From: Ignavibacteriae bacterium HGW-Ignavibacteriae-1
GTDB lineage: Bacteria > Bacteroidota > Ignavibacteria > Kapaibacteriales > UBA2268
DNA length: 64,000 bases
NCBI GenBank assembly: GCA_002839825.1
Contig: PGYU01000013.1
Location: 1,920 to 65,919, forward strand
Reading direction: 5' to 3'
Below the pieces are notes generated by a model. That model saw nothing but the letters and a program-made list of their open reading frames with translations. It made no database searches and had not been told where the DNA came from. Within the stretch, counting starts at the first letter, position 1, and every line of letters begins with the position of its first letter. Shown in pieces: positions 28,032 to 38,335 of the stretch. Position numbers and translations under genes: made by a program.

Positions 28032-30070
28032 CAAAACTCCTGTTGTATTATTACGAAATAGCAATCGGGTTCTTCCCAAGGTTTTTTAGGGTCTATTCTA
28101 TTCCGACAGCCCGGTTCTGCTTTTCCGGCGATAATCACCGAATAACTTTTACCCAATGTAAAAAGCACGTCGCTAAGGCGATTGACATAGTTGTCGCTTT
28201 TTTCATCATAAAAGAAGAAAGTTACTTTCTGCTCTCGGATTTCAGTCGTATATGAAGAAAAAGTAAATTGTTCGACACTTTCCGAATAAGATTCGTCCGA
28301 TTCCAATTTTTTGATAAATGTAATGGGAATATCATCTGTTGCATTTACAAAACGATACCTGAAAATAGAATTATCACTTATACCAAGTGGTTGGAATTTA
28401 TTTGCAAAGATTTTGATATCATTGCTGTTACCTGAAGCTACAAACATAATTCTTTCATTTTCGGTTGATTCGATTTGGTGAGAGACACCGTTTACTCTGA
28501 CTTCTATTGCGCCTTTGTCCACCACGGTGGCGATGGAATTTGAAGCGGATACTCGTGCGTCAACGACTAAATTTTGGATTGATTTTGAGGATATTATATC
28601 AATATTTACAAAATCTGCATCACGAACAGCATTGACAACTTGCACAAATAAGCCTTCTTCGAGAAACGATACTGTTGTGTTGACAACATCATCTTCTACA
28701 ACTGAAATCTTAGTTTTGCCGTCAGTATCTTCAGAAAGTATAAGCAAATAACTGCTACCGGCTTTGAATTCGCCTTTTGCTGAATAGAGCAATTTTGCAG
28801 GTTGCGAAGCCGTGAAAATACTCAGCGGAGCGACGCCTTCATAAAGTGCTAAAGACGATGATAATTCACCTTGAGAAATTTCAGATGCAAGTATTGTCCC
28901 CGACGAGTAACCATTTGGGAATAAAGCAGCATTTGGCTCGGCTCTTGCTCCAAGAGATACAGTTATTGCTTCGTAATTTTTGGAAGCGTGAAGAACTCTG
29001 ACGATTGCCTTTCCGGTTACATCCTCTTGCAAACTGACGGGTTCGACCAAAAGCATTTCACCTGCAATTGTATTGCCTGAATCGAGTATCACAAGTGAAT
29101 AATTTTGCAAAACTTCTATTGATGATTTAAGATGGATTGTCTCATTACCGCCAACTGTCGCAGAAATGGAATCCCTGAAAACTGTGTTGCAAACGCTAAT
29201 CTGATTGTAATCGGTGATTTGGTCGGGTAGAACAGATGATGCAATTGAATTCCCGTTGAAGTTGATGTCAATTTCGTTTGACGAAAGATTGATAATTCGG
29301 ATATTTGCATTTCTATCCTCAACAACTCTTGGCGATGTAAGAGCCGCGCCGCTCATCTCATCTTCATCCAAAAGTTTCAAAGTCGGGTTGCCTTCACCGT
29401 CCTCTGTCACAATGAGTACGTATTGTTTGCGTGCTTCTAAATTTACTTCAAAGGTTTTGATGATTGATTCAATTCCACTTTTATTTCTAATTAAGGAAAT
29501 TCCCATTGTCTCAGCAATCAAATTCAAGGGACTTACAGATGAATTCATGTAATTCACATTGCTGAACATGATTTCGCCGTTAGGGCAACCGCTCCTAACA
29601 GCAAATGATGAATTTGTATCGGGGAATAGATTTATGATTTTGAGCAAACTTTCGTAGTTGTTGTCGGGCAAAGCTGTCGTAGTTCTCAAGAATAGTAAAG
29701 TGTCCACGCTGCATCCGGGATTTGCCAAACATTCACGGCTTGGTACTGCAAAGTACGTATAGCGAGTGTTGCGCAAGAACTTTTGCAACATATCTAACTC
29801 ATACTCTTTGTTGCTCCCCGAATAAACATTGAAAAAAGCCGAGTCAGCCGGAGGTTGAACAGAACTTGAGCTCGTGCCCCACGGAGTTACATCCGTTTTG
29901 GTGATTCCGGACATATCCAAGGTTCTGGGGCTTTTGTCCTTGCTGAGATTAATAAAACGAACTCTGACGCTTTCGGCTTTCTCCGGAGGATTGACCAAAG
30001 CCGGGTTCTCTTCGATACAGGCGCTAAGAATTAACGCTAGAACAATTAGTAGTATGATTCTTTTTAACAT
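28031..30070 (-). CDS. Lipoprotein with multiple DUF4397-like repeats
   Basis: Lipobox LILSAC. Repeated (V/I)R(F/I/V)(I/L/V)(N/H)(L/A) strands (VRFINLS, LKIINLF, IRIINLS, VRVLHAS, VQVVNAV, YRFVNAT) each followed by Y(S/T)-hydrophobic strands. Confidence 0.75.
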   Translation of the reverse strand: MLKRIILLIVLALILSACIEENPALVNPPEKAESVRVRFINLSKDKSPRTLDMSGITKTDVTPWGTSSSSVQPPADSAFFNVYSGSNKEYELDMLQKFLRNTRYTYFAVPSRECLANPGCSVDTLLFLRTTTALPDNNYESLLKIINLFPDTNSSFAVRSGCPNGEIMFSNVNYMNSSVSPLNLIAETMGISLIRNKSGIESIIKTFEVNLEARKQYVLIVTEDGEGNPTLKLLDEDEMSGAALTSPRVVEDRNANIRIINLSSNEIDINFNGNSIASSVLPDQITDYNQISVCNTVFRDSISATVGGNETIHLKSSIEVLQNYSLVILDSGNTIAGEMLLVEPVSLQEDVTGKAIVRVLHASKNYEAITVSLGARAEPNAALFPNGYSSGTILASEISQGELSSSLALYEGVAPLSIFTASQPAKLLYSAKGEFKAGSSYLLILSEDTDGKTKISVVEDDVVNTTVSFLEEGLFVQVVNAVRDADFVNIDIISSKSIQNLVVDARVSASNSIATVVDKGAIEVRVNGVSHQIESTENERIMFVASGNSNDIKIFANKFQPLGISDNSIFRYRFVNATDDIPITFIKKLESDESYSESVEQFTFSSYTTEIREQKVTFFFYDEKSDNYVNRLSDVLFTLGKSYSVIIAGKAEPGCRNRIDPKKPWEEPDCYFVIIQQEF

Positions 30071-30221
30071 AGATAAAAGTCGTTTTTGTACAAAGATTAT
30101 TTATAACAGACAAACAAGTTGCAATAAAGTTACAATTTACGAAAAAATTTAATTTGCTGTTAATATTAAGACGATTAAAATTTATTTTTTTCGTTTAGTG
30201 ATAAATTATTATCTTAGTATA

Positions 30222-30243
30222 TATTTTTGGCACAATTTTTTCT
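30222..30243 (+). promoter_or_regulatory. TAnnTTTG element overlapped by a near-consensus sigma-54 -24/-12 site
   Basis: TATTTTTG (30222-30229) overlaps TGGCAC-N5-TTTCT (30228-30243). Confidence 0.4.
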
Positions 30244-30258
30244 GGATATATAGATTCG

Positions 30259-30816
30259 ATGATTTTAATAGATAATATATTAGTTGACGAGCGGATTGGG
30301 ACGAGTGATTTCGAGTGCGATTTGACGAAATGCAAAGGTGCTTGTTGTACCTTTCCGGGCGAATACGGCGCCCCCGTTCTCGATGACGAGATACCCAAAA
30401 TCATGGAAGCCATGCCTCATGCTCTCGAGCATCTATCCCAAAAATCTATCAAAGTTATCGAAGAACAAGGCTTTGTTTCCGGAATTCCGGGCAACATGAC
30501 CACAGTTTGTATTGAAAAAAAGGATTGTGTGTTTGTCTTTTATGAGGGCGATATTGCATTGTGTGCCCTCGAAAAGGCTTACTTAGAAGGCAAAACCGAC
30601 TTCAAAAAGCCGGTATCATGCCACCTGTTTCCTATCAGAGTCGGTGATTACGGGGGGAAATCGCTATATTATGAGAAAATCTCAGAATGCGATCCGGCAA
30701 TTACCAACGGAAGGAGAACGGGAAAAAAAATATACACTTCTGTCAAAGAAGCTATCATCAGAGAGCTCGGCGAGAGTTGGTATAATAATTATCTTAATGT
30801 AATTAACGGTAAATAA
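30259..30816 (+). CDS. DUF3109 family Cys-rich protein
   Basis: FECDLTKCKGACC, GAP, CVF, CALEKAY and KPVSCHLFPIR. Confidence 0.88.
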   Translation: MILIDNILVDERIGTSDFECDLTKCKGACCTFPGEYGAPVLDDEIPKIMEAMPHALEHLSQKSIKVIEEQGFVSGIPGNMTTVCIEKKDCVFVFYEGDIALCALEKAYLEGKTDFKKPVSCHLFPIRVGDYGGKSLYYEKISECDPAITNGRRTGKKIYTSVKEAIIRELGESWYNNYLNVINGK

Positions 30817-30824
30817 AGAGGAAT

Positions 30825-32564
30825 ATGAATATAACACTTGACCTTCGGACGTCTTTATCGCAAAGACTTACACCTCAGCAAATTCAATATCTGAAATTGC
30901 TCCAGTTGCCGCTGGTGCAATTTGAGCAATATATAACCGAAGAACTCGAACAAAATCCGATGTTGGAAGACCCCAACAGTGCTATAGATGATGTCTTTTC
31001 CGACGACGAAGATGATTTTATTCCGAGTTTGCCCACGGCTCAAGACGCACAGTCCACTGTTTCAGAGCCTGATGTAGTTGATGACCATTCTGAAACTGTA
31101 TATACAGAGTCTCCTACTGAAGATTTTATCGTAAGCGAAGATGAAAAAGACCCATTCGAGATTTATGATATGGTCTGGCAAGATGATGTTGGTAACGAAT
31201 CCCATTCGTCGGACAATTTCGATGATGACGAACGTACGCCATTTCAAATAAAAGATAATGTCACTTTTGAAGAGGATTTGATAAGTCAACTGAATTTACT
31301 CGAATTGACAGAAGAAGAGTTGATGATTGGCGAAAGAATTATTGGCGATTTGGATAGCGATGGATATTTCAGACGCGAACTTCAAGATGTGATTGATGAA
31401 TTGAATTCCGAAATTGCCCGAATTAATACATTGGCTCAAGGCAAGCATTATATCGAAATGCACCAGCAAAATGGGCAATCGCATTCAAATCCTGCAAAAT
31501 ATTACGAACTGACTTCCGAAAGCCGCCGTTTGCTCGAATCAGCTTTGCATCTGACTAATAACGAAGGTCAACCGACAAGTATTCAAAATCATCAAAAAGC
31601 TGATGAATTAAAATTTTTCAAAAATATTGACATTGAAACAGGCGAAAGAGTGCTTTCGATTATTCAAGGACTTGAACCTCCGGGCGTAGCATCGCGAAAT
31701 ATACAAGAATGTCTGATTGCCCAAACTAAACATAAGGAAGCCGCTCCCGATAGAGATTTAGCGCTGGATGTATTGTCAAAATGCTACGAACCCTTCATAC
31801 GCAAGCATTACAAGCAAATCATCAAGGATTTGAATATTTCGGAAGATGAACTTCGGAATGCAATTGAATTTATCAAAAGATTGAACCCGAAGCCCGGCGG
31901 CGGAGACAATCAACCCGAGATGAATTCTGTGATTCCCGATTTTATGATTAACCGCGATGAGGAATCGGACGAATTGATGATTGGGCTGAACGACAGTCGC
32001 ATCCCGCAAATCAAGCTCAATAACTTATATGATAAGCTTAAGAAAACTGCGAAACTTAAAAAATTCAACAAAGACACAAAAAAGTGGCTCAAAGATAAGC
32101 ACGAAGATGCGAAATTCTTGATGCAGGCAATTGTACAGCGTAAAAATACTATGCTGAAGGTGATGACTGCCATTGCCCATAAACAGAAAGCTTTCTTTTA
32201 CGAAGGTTCATCGGCGATGAAACCGCTCCGGTATAAAGACGTTGCCGAAGAATCGGGAATGGATATTTCAACTGTGTGCCGTATCGTCAATGGCAAATAC
32301 GTTCAGACCGAATATGGAACCTACGAGCTAAAGCATTTTTTCAGCGAGGCATTGCCCACTGAAGACGGCGAAGATGTTTCAAACAAAGTCATCAAAGATG
32401 AATTGAAAGATATTATTGAAGCGGAAAACAAGAGCAAACCGTACAGCGACGAAGAATTGAGCAAATTGCTCGGTGATAGAGGCTATCAAGTTGCTCGACG
32501 TACAGTCGCAAAATATCGCGAGCAAATGCGAATTCCGGTGGCTCGATTACGCGTTGAGATTTGA
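30825..32564 (+). CDS. rpoN: RNA polymerase sigma-54 factor
   Basis: LTPQQIQYLKLLQL region I, ELEQNPMLE, ISTVCR HTH and RpoN box ARRTVAKYRE. Confidence 0.97.
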   Translation: MNITLDLRTSLSQRLTPQQIQYLKLLQLPLVQFEQYITEELEQNPMLEDPNSAIDDVFSDDEDDFIPSLPTAQDAQSTVSEPDVVDDHSETVYTESPTEDFIVSEDEKDPFEIYDMVWQDDVGNESHSSDNFDDDERTPFQIKDNVTFEEDLISQLNLLELTEEELMIGERIIGDLDSDGYFRRELQDVIDELNSEIARINTLAQGKHYIEMHQQNGQSHSNPAKYYELTSESRRLLESALHLTNNEGQPTSIQNHQKADELKFFKNIDIETGERVLSIIQGLEPPGVASRNIQECLIAQTKHKEAAPDRDLALDVLSKCYEPFIRKHYKQIIKDLNISEDELRNAIEFIKRLNPKPGGGDNQPEMNSVIPDFMINRDEESDELMIGLNDSRIPQIKLNNLYDKLKKTAKLKKFNKDTKKWLKDKHEDAKFLMQAIVQRKNTMLKVMTAIAHKQKAFFYEGSSAMKPLRYKDVAEESGMDISTVCRIVNGKYVQTEYGTYELKHFFSEALPTEDGEDVSNKVIKDELKDIIEAENKSKPYSDEELSKLLGDRGYQVARRTVAKYREQMRIPVARLRVEI

Positions 32565-33038
32565 TTTTAATGCGTTTAGTGATTTTTTCATATTGCCGAT
32601 AAATATCAACCACGCGATTACTATCGTTGCCGTCGTGGCGTAAAAACCTGCATCGAAAGGTAATTTCGCCATTTTCATTTCGAATAGATAGGCTCTGACG
32701 GCAGTGAACAAAAGCAACAGAATGGCTGCTATCAAAGATGACTTGAATAATGAAGGCACAGACAGAATTGCGATATACCTGATTGCCGATTTGCCCAAAA
32801 TTAGCAAATATGACTTGAGAATGAAATAACTTGCAATCGGTATCAGCACCAAAAGCGCCAATGATACCAAATATATGATTGATGGCAGTTTGGGACTGAT
32901 ATCAGCCAATCCGCCGGAAATCATAAATGCAAGAAAAAATGCTATCAATATCAAAATTGCAAAATATTTGCTATCGCAACTGATCTTTGTTTCGTCATTT
33001 AAGAGGTATGTTAATGTTTTCTTTGTATTTAGATACAT
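32547..33038 (-). CDS. Hypothetical membrane protein (about 4 TM helices)
   Basis: Strongly hydrophobic 163-aa ORF filling the gap between rpoN and the STAS gene. Confidence 0.55.
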   Translation of the reverse strand: MYLNTKKTLTYLLNDETKISCDSKYFAILILIAFFLAFMISGGLADISPKLPSIIYLVSLALLVLIPIASYFILKSYLLILGKSAIRYIAILSVPSLFKSSLIAAILLLLFTAVRAYLFEMKMAKLPFDAGFYATTATIVIAWLIFIGNMKKSLNALKSNLNA

Positions 33039-33138
33039 TTTTTTTGTTCAATATAATTAGAAATAATTTTTTTTTGTTAATTTACTTTTTTAAAATAACA
33101 AAAACGAAAATATAAATTACAAACAAAATTAGGATTAC

Positions 33139-33513
33139 GTGATGTCAGACCAAATAAAAATTCATAACCACCAAACTTACTCTATAATTGAGTTGAACGG
33201 AAGATTTTTACCGGGTGGCGACCCTGATGTATCGGACTTGATTAGAGACCATATCCGCGAACAAGCCGATTTGGGTGTCAAAGGTATTGTGCTTGATTTG
33301 CGCAATGTTGACTTCTTCGCATCTAATGCAATTGGTGCTTTGATGTCGGGTTACAATCTACTCATGGATAAGGGTGCAAAGTTGATTCTCTGGAGACCAA
33401 AATCATATCTTAGAGATAGCTTGAGACTTGTAAGAGTGGACAAGCTATTGTCAATAGTTGACGATATAGATGAAGCAATGGACATGATGGGATTACCTCC
33501 TGTAAATGAGTAA
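33139..33513 (+). CDS. STAS-domain anti-sigma-factor antagonist
   Basis: IIELNGRF, IVLDLRNVDFFASNAIGAL and L.LVRVDKLL..VDDIDEA pattern. Confidence 0.85.
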   Translation: MMSDQIKIHNHQTYSIIELNGRFLPGGDPDVSDLIRDHIREQADLGVKGIVLDLRNVDFFASNAIGALMSGYNLLMDKGAKLILWRPKSYLRDSLRLVRVDKLLSIVDDIDEAMDMMGLPPVNE

Positions 33514-33591
33514 TCGCTGAGCTAATTTTCCTAATACCGCAAAATTGCCATTTGACCGGCATTTGTGGTTAATTGTAATGATATATATAAC

Positions 33592-33620
33592 AGTCCGTTT
33601 TTATACGGACTTATTTTTTT
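33592..33620 (+). terminator. Intrinsic terminator
   Basis: AGTCCGT-ttttat-ACGGACT followed by TATTTTTTT. Confidence 0.6.
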
Positions 33621-33770
33621 AGAAAATTACTTGATTTTCAAACTAAATGAGATTGTCGTTAAGATTAAAACCTGATGATTTAACGTCTTTTATATAGATA
33701 TGGTATCTACCTCATTTGCTTCAAAGGTAAAAAGTAAATGACGCCAAAAATGAAAATAGGAAATTGAAAA

Positions 33771-35033
33771 ATGTTGATGGGGATTATAGATGCAGTAGTT
33801 TTCATGTTTGTCGAAATGGCACCCTACATAGTGCTGGGGCTGATATTCGTGGGGCTGTTGAATCTGTTCATAAATAAAGACCTTATCGCTCGCCAGATAG
33901 GGGAAAAAAGTTTTATGTCGAATCTGAAAGCTGCACTAATCGGAATCCCTTTGCCGCTCTGTTCCTGCGGCGTTATTCCGGGAGCGGTTTATATGTCCAA
34001 AAGCGGAGCTTCGAAAGGAGCGACAATTTCATTTTTGATTTCGACACCACAAACAGGCGTGGATAGTATAATAGCTACTTACGGCATGATGGGACCTGTT
34101 TTTGCGATTTTCCGTCCATTAGCGGCTCTAATTATGGGTATTTTGGGGGGTACATTCATCAATACAATTGATAAAGATGAGCCCGAAAAGAAAAAATTCA
34201 TCAATCTTGCTCAATTTCAACCTGCTACCAAGCCGGATTTAAGAACAAGAATCAATAGTACAGCCAAATATGCGTTTGTAGAATTTTTAGATGATATTTC
34301 AGCACAATTTGTTTTGGGTGTTATCATTGCAGGGCTGATTGCCTTTTTCATTCCTGATGATTTCTTTGCTGATTCGGCAATTAATTCGGGAATTCTCGGC
34401 ATGTTGATTATGATTGCAATCGGAATCCCGATGTATATTTGTGCTACGGCATCAATTCCTATTGCTTTGAGCTTGATGATGAAAGGTTTTTCTCCGGGCG
34501 TAGCATTTGTGTTTCTGGCAGCAGGACCCGCAACAAATGTAGCAAGTTTTGCCATTATATCGAAAACTCTTGGCAAGAAAATTGCATTTTATTACGTCGG
34601 GACAATTGCTGTTCTCGCTATAGTAATGGGATATTTGCTCGAATGGATTTTTTCTGTCATTGGTACGTCTTCAATATTACATGTTCACGAGCATGACCAT
34701 GGAACATTTCTTATTCCACATAATTTTGCAATTATTATCAGTATAATTTTTGCTGTCATGCTTGGGTTCAGTTTTTATAGAAAGTATTTTGCAAAATTTT
34801 TTAGGAAAAGTGAGGGTAATATAATGGAATCAGGTACAGCACAAAGCGTAGTAGAAATTGAAGGAATGACTTGCAATCATTGTGTGGCAAATGTCAAAAG
34901 GGCTATAGAAAAAGTGCCGGGCGTACAATCTGTAGATGTCAGATTGGACGAGAATAAGGCATACATTCAAGGTGATTTTGATATGAACAAAGTAAAAGCA
35001 GCAGTAGATGAAATCGGCTATAAAATTGTCTGA
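33771..35033 (+). CDS. DUF318/ArsP-type (SO_0444-like) metal permease with C-terminal HMA domain
   Basis: PLPLCSCGVIP, ISTPQTGVDS, PMYICATASIP, His-rich HVHEHDHG and GMTCNHC metal-binding motif. Confidence 0.9.
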   Translation: MLMGIIDAVVFMFVEMAPYIVLGLIFVGLLNLFINKDLIARQIGEKSFMSNLKAALIGIPLPLCSCGVIPGAVYMSKSGASKGATISFLISTPQTGVDSIIATYGMMGPVFAIFRPLAALIMGILGGTFINTIDKDEPEKKKFINLAQFQPATKPDLRTRINSTAKYAFVEFLDDISAQFVLGVIIAGLIAFFIPDDFFADSAINSGILGMLIMIAIGIPMYICATASIPIALSLMMKGFSPGVAFVFLAAGPATNVASFAIISKTLGKKIAFYYVGTIAVLAIVMGYLLEWIFSVIGTSSILHVHEHDHGTFLIPHNFAIIISIIFAVMLGFSFYRKYFAKFFRKSEGNIMESGTAQSVVEIEGMTCNHCVANVKRAIEKVPGVQSVDVRLDENKAYIQGDFDMNKVKAAVDEIGYKIV

Positions 35034-35059
35034 TGTATCACCGAAAATTGAAAATATGC

Positions 35060-35067
35060 TATATTTG
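35060..35067 (+). promoter_or_regulatory. Putative TAnnTTTG -7 element for coaD
   Basis: TATATTTG shortly before the start codon. Confidence 0.45.
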
Positions 35068-35079
35068 CATTTTTAAATA

Positions 35080-35577
35080 ATGATTGATATGAACAAAACA
35101 GCAATTTACCCGGGTACATTCGACCCAATTACTAACGGGCACGTAGATGTTATCGAACGAGCGTGTGAGATGTTTGACCATGTGCATGTTGTGATAGCAG
35201 TGAATTCTAAGAAACAGACGCTCTTTTCTGAAGAGGAAAGATTAGTCATGATTAGAGAATCGCTCAAACATTTGGAAAATGTCTCCGTGATTGCACATCA
35301 CCAACTTACTGTGGATATTGCTCGCGACACAGGAGCAGTTGCAATCGTTCGCGGCATTAGAGCCGTTTCGGATTTTGAATATGAATTCCAAATTGCTCTC
35401 ATGAATCGCAAACTTGAGCCAAACATTTATACTGTTTTCCTGACACCTCATGAAAAATATACTTATCTGAATTCGAGCATTGTTCGGGAAATGGCAAGTT
35501 ATGGCAAATTTGCTGAAGATTTTGTTCCGCCAATTGTAGTAGAAGCTTTGAAAAAGAAATTTGAATCAAAATCTTAA
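35080..35577 (+). CDS. coaD: Pantetheine-phosphate adenylyltransferase
   Basis: YPGTFDPITNGH, RGIRAVSDFEYE and SSIVRE. Confidence 0.97.
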   Translation: MIDMNKTAIYPGTFDPITNGHVDVIERACEMFDHVHVVIAVNSKKQTLFSEEERLVMIRESLKHLENVSVIAHHQLTVDIARDTGAVAIVRGIRAVSDFEYEFQIALMNRKLEPNIYTVFLTPHEKYTYLNSSIVREMASYGKFAEDFVPPIVVEALKKKFESKS

Positions 35578-35595
35578 AATATACGGAGAAAATGA

Positions 35596-35844
35596 ATGAA
35601 ATTAACTGTTGATATTAGTCTTTATCCACTTAGCGAAGATTTTATTCCTTTTATTAAGGAATTCATAATTCGGCTCAAATCATACGAAAATCTGACGATT
35701 GCTACGAACAAGCTCAGTACTCAAGTTTCTGGCGAGTTTGACGAAGTAATGAAAATTATCAGCACCGAAATGAAAGCAACTTTGGAAGAGCAGCGTTCAG
35801 TGCTTGTGATGAAATTCTTGTTGGGCGATAAATTGAATGACTGA
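35596..35844 (+). CDS. YkoF/MTH1187-like thiamine-binding fold protein
   Basis: VDISLYPL...STQVSGEFDEV pattern. Confidence 0.75.
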   Translation: MKLTVDISLYPLSEDFIPFIKEFIIRLKSYENLTIATNKLSTQVSGEFDEVMKIISTEMKATLEEQRSVLVMKFLLGDKLND

Positions 35845-35898
35845 TTTTAGGCATATAACTGCCTATGTAATTAAAAAAAATGATGAACAAAGAACAAA

Positions 35899-36966
35899 TT
35901 GACCGATAAAGATAAAATATTGAATAATGATGACCAACGCGAGTTATCCGAAAGAGAAAGGCAAATCCTGCACAAAATAGTGCATTTGTACATTTTGAAG
36001 GCTTCGCCTGTGGGTTCGCGTTTCCTATCCAAATATATCGAGAATGATATGAAATTATCGCCTGCAACAATGCGAAACGTGATGTCCGACCTCGAAGAAT
36101 TGGAATATATCAGCCATCCTCACACCTCTGCGGGTAGAATTCCGACCGATAAGGGTTATAGATTTTATGTCAATTCGCTCCAAAGCTTTGAAAAGCTAAA
36201 TAGTGCCGAACTTTCAGCCGTTAAGAAAACTTTATCACAAGGTGATTCGGATAATTTGCTCAAAAATGCCTCAAAAATACTTGGACTACTTTCCAAATAT
36301 CTGGGCATCGTCAAATTTCCGCACCTACGCGATTTGATTATCCAAAAAATTGAGCTTATTCAACTAAGTTCGACCAGATTACTTGTGGTGCTTGCATTGG
36401 AATCGAAACAAATCCGAACTGTGACGCTCGAAGCCGATTGCGAGATTGATTCGGCTGATTTGGATTCGCTTTCAATTTATATCAACGAGCGACTTACTGC
36501 AAAACCTTTGAAGTTCATTCGCGATAATTTCGCCGATATTATTAGGGATTCCGACATGGGGAACACGCCTTTAGTTAGGCTATTCACCGAATCTATTGAT
36601 AGAATTTTTGCCTCATATCAATCAAGCGAACGGGTGCATATTGCCGGAACACCGAATTTGCTTGATTATCCCGAATTTGAAACTCCCGAAAGATTCAAAG
36701 GCGTAATTGAATTAATCGAAGACGAAGATGTAATCGTCCATTTGCTCGATAATATTGAAAATAAAGATGGCGTAATTATCAGCATTGGCGCCGAGCACGA
36801 AAATCTTATAATGTCGGATTACAGCCTTATCAAATCTACTTACAAAATGGGTTCTGCAACCGGAACGATTGGATTAATCGGTCCGAAACGCATGAATTAC
36901 GGCAAAATGATTACAATCGTCAAATATATTTCCGATTATCTATCCAAGCATAACGACTACAATTAG
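35899..36966 (+). CDS. hrcA: Heat-inducible transcription repressor HrcA
   Basis: PVGSRFL, SPATMRNVMSDLEE, PHTSAGRIPTDKGYRFYV and IGPKRMNY. Confidence 0.96.
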   Translation: MTDKDKILNNDDQRELSERERQILHKIVHLYILKASPVGSRFLSKYIENDMKLSPATMRNVMSDLEELEYISHPHTSAGRIPTDKGYRFYVNSLQSFEKLNSAELSAVKKTLSQGDSDNLLKNASKILGLLSKYLGIVKFPHLRDLIIQKIELIQLSSTRLLVVLALESKQIRTVTLEADCEIDSADLDSLSIYINERLTAKPLKFIRDNFADIIRDSDMGNTPLVRLFTESIDRIFASYQSSERVHIAGTPNLLDYPEFETPERFKGVIELIEDEDVIVHLLDNIENKDGVIISIGAEHENLIMSDYSLIKSTYKMGSATGTIGLIGPKRMNYGKMITIVKYISDYLSKHNDYN

Positions 36967-36968
36967 GC

Positions 36969-38060
36969 TTACAACAGGTGATTCATGTGCTTGCGACGCA
37001 GAAAATCAACTAATTCCTGAACGTCTTCGGTTTCGCCTTTTTTGCAAATCAAAATAGCATCATCGCTATCAACTACTACTAAATCATCGCATCCGACTAT
37101 ACCAATCATTTTTCCTTGCGACATTACAAAACAATTCTTATTATTTAGCGAAATGACATCGCCTTTGATAACGTTGTTGCTCGCATCTTTCATCGAAATT
37201 CTGTAGAGTTCGTCCCAATTGCCCAAATCGCTCCAATTAAAGGATGCTTTGACACAACGGACGTTTTCGGCTTTTTCGAGAATACCATAGTCAATCGAAA
37301 TCGAAGGTATTTGACCATATATGTTTTGCAAGAATTCTACATAGTTATCCCGACCAAACAAAGGCACTAAATCTATAAATCTCTCGTTTATTTCGGTCAA
37401 ATATTTCCTGAATGCCGCCATCACAGTGCTTATTTTCCAAACGAAAATACCGCTATTCCACAAAAAATCTCCCGATTCGATAAATCTGCGAGCGGTGCCG
37501 ATATCCGGTTTTTCGGCAAAAGTCAAACATTGCTTAAGCCCTGATTCGTAGTATGGGTTGATTCCCGGATTGCCATTTTTGAATTGAATATATCCGAATT
37601 TGGTTTCCGGTCTCATTGGGTGAATGCCGATTGTGATGATATCATCCGCAAAATCGGCACAGTCGCCGGCGATATCCAAGCTATGGTAAAATTCGCCGAG
37701 ATTAGAGATATTATGGTCAGAAGGAAACACAAACATTATCGTATCATCATCGTAATTTTTTTGCCTTATATAATGCGAAGACAAAGCAATCGCCGGTGCA
37801 GTATTTTTGCCGAAAGGTTCATAAATTATATTTTCTTCGGGTAAATTCGGGAGTTGTTCATGAGTTATAATTCTATGTTCGTAGCCGGTTACGACAAAAA
37901 TATCATCTTTTCCGAAATAGTTCTCAAGTCGCTCGTAAGTATTCTGTAGTAAGGTTCCTTCGCCAATCATATGAGTGTATTGTTTGGGATTTTTTTCTGT
38001 GCTTCGGGGCCAAAATTTAGCTCCCAATCCACCTGCTAATATCAATGCAACTTTTTTCAT
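36969..38060 (-). CDS. manC: Mannose-1-phosphate guanylyltransferase
   Basis: ILAGGLGAKFWPRS, PKQY, NTAPAI, FAEKP, WNSGIF, SIDYGILEK and WSDLGNW. Confidence 0.93.
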   Translation of the reverse strand: MKKVALILAGGLGAKFWPRSTEKNPKQYTHMIGEGTLLQNTYERLENYFGKDDIFVVTGYEHRIITHEQLPNLPEENIIYEPFGKNTAPAIALSSHYIRQKNYDDDTIMFVFPSDHNISNLGEFYHSLDIAGDCADFADDIITIGIHPMRPETKFGYIQFKNGNPGINPYYESGLKQCLTFAEKPDIGTARRFIESGDFLWNSGIFVWKISTVMAAFRKYLTEINERFIDLVPLFGRDNYVEFLQNIYGQIPSISIDYGILEKAENVRCVKASFNWSDLGNWDELYRISMKDASNNVIKGDVISLNNKNCFVMSQGKMIGIVGCDDLVVVDSDDAILICKKGETEDVQELVDFLRRKHMNHLL

Positions 38061-38335
38061 GCCGTTATTCTCATTCTTATCTTCAATACTATATGTAAAA
38101 TTATGAAATAAACTTGCAATAATAAAATCAATTTTTGAAATTTTATCAAAATTTTCATTTCAAAAAAGTTTTTGTAGGCTCAACATTAGTCCATTCCTGA
38201 CAAAAAGCATAATATACCTTAACAAATATAATGAAAATAAAATAATTTGTTGTGATGTTAATATTTCTTAAATTGGTATAAGCAAATTCTGCAAAAAGTT
38301 TTTACTTGAAGATTTATTAAATTATACTATCAATT

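Noticed and set aside
28032-28079. Longer ORF-track starts for the S8 protease (28079), beta-helix protein (54738), lipoprotein (58385) and DUF5362 (973)
   Set aside because: Downstream ATGs fit better, through an RBS, promoter position, stop/start coupling or a proper signal peptide depending on the gene.
33530-33765. Possible riboswitch upstream of the metal permease (hairpins, CTGATGA)
   Set aside because: It does not match the fluoride, NiCo or other riboswitch consensus that I can recognise; an Rfam/Infernal scan would settle it.
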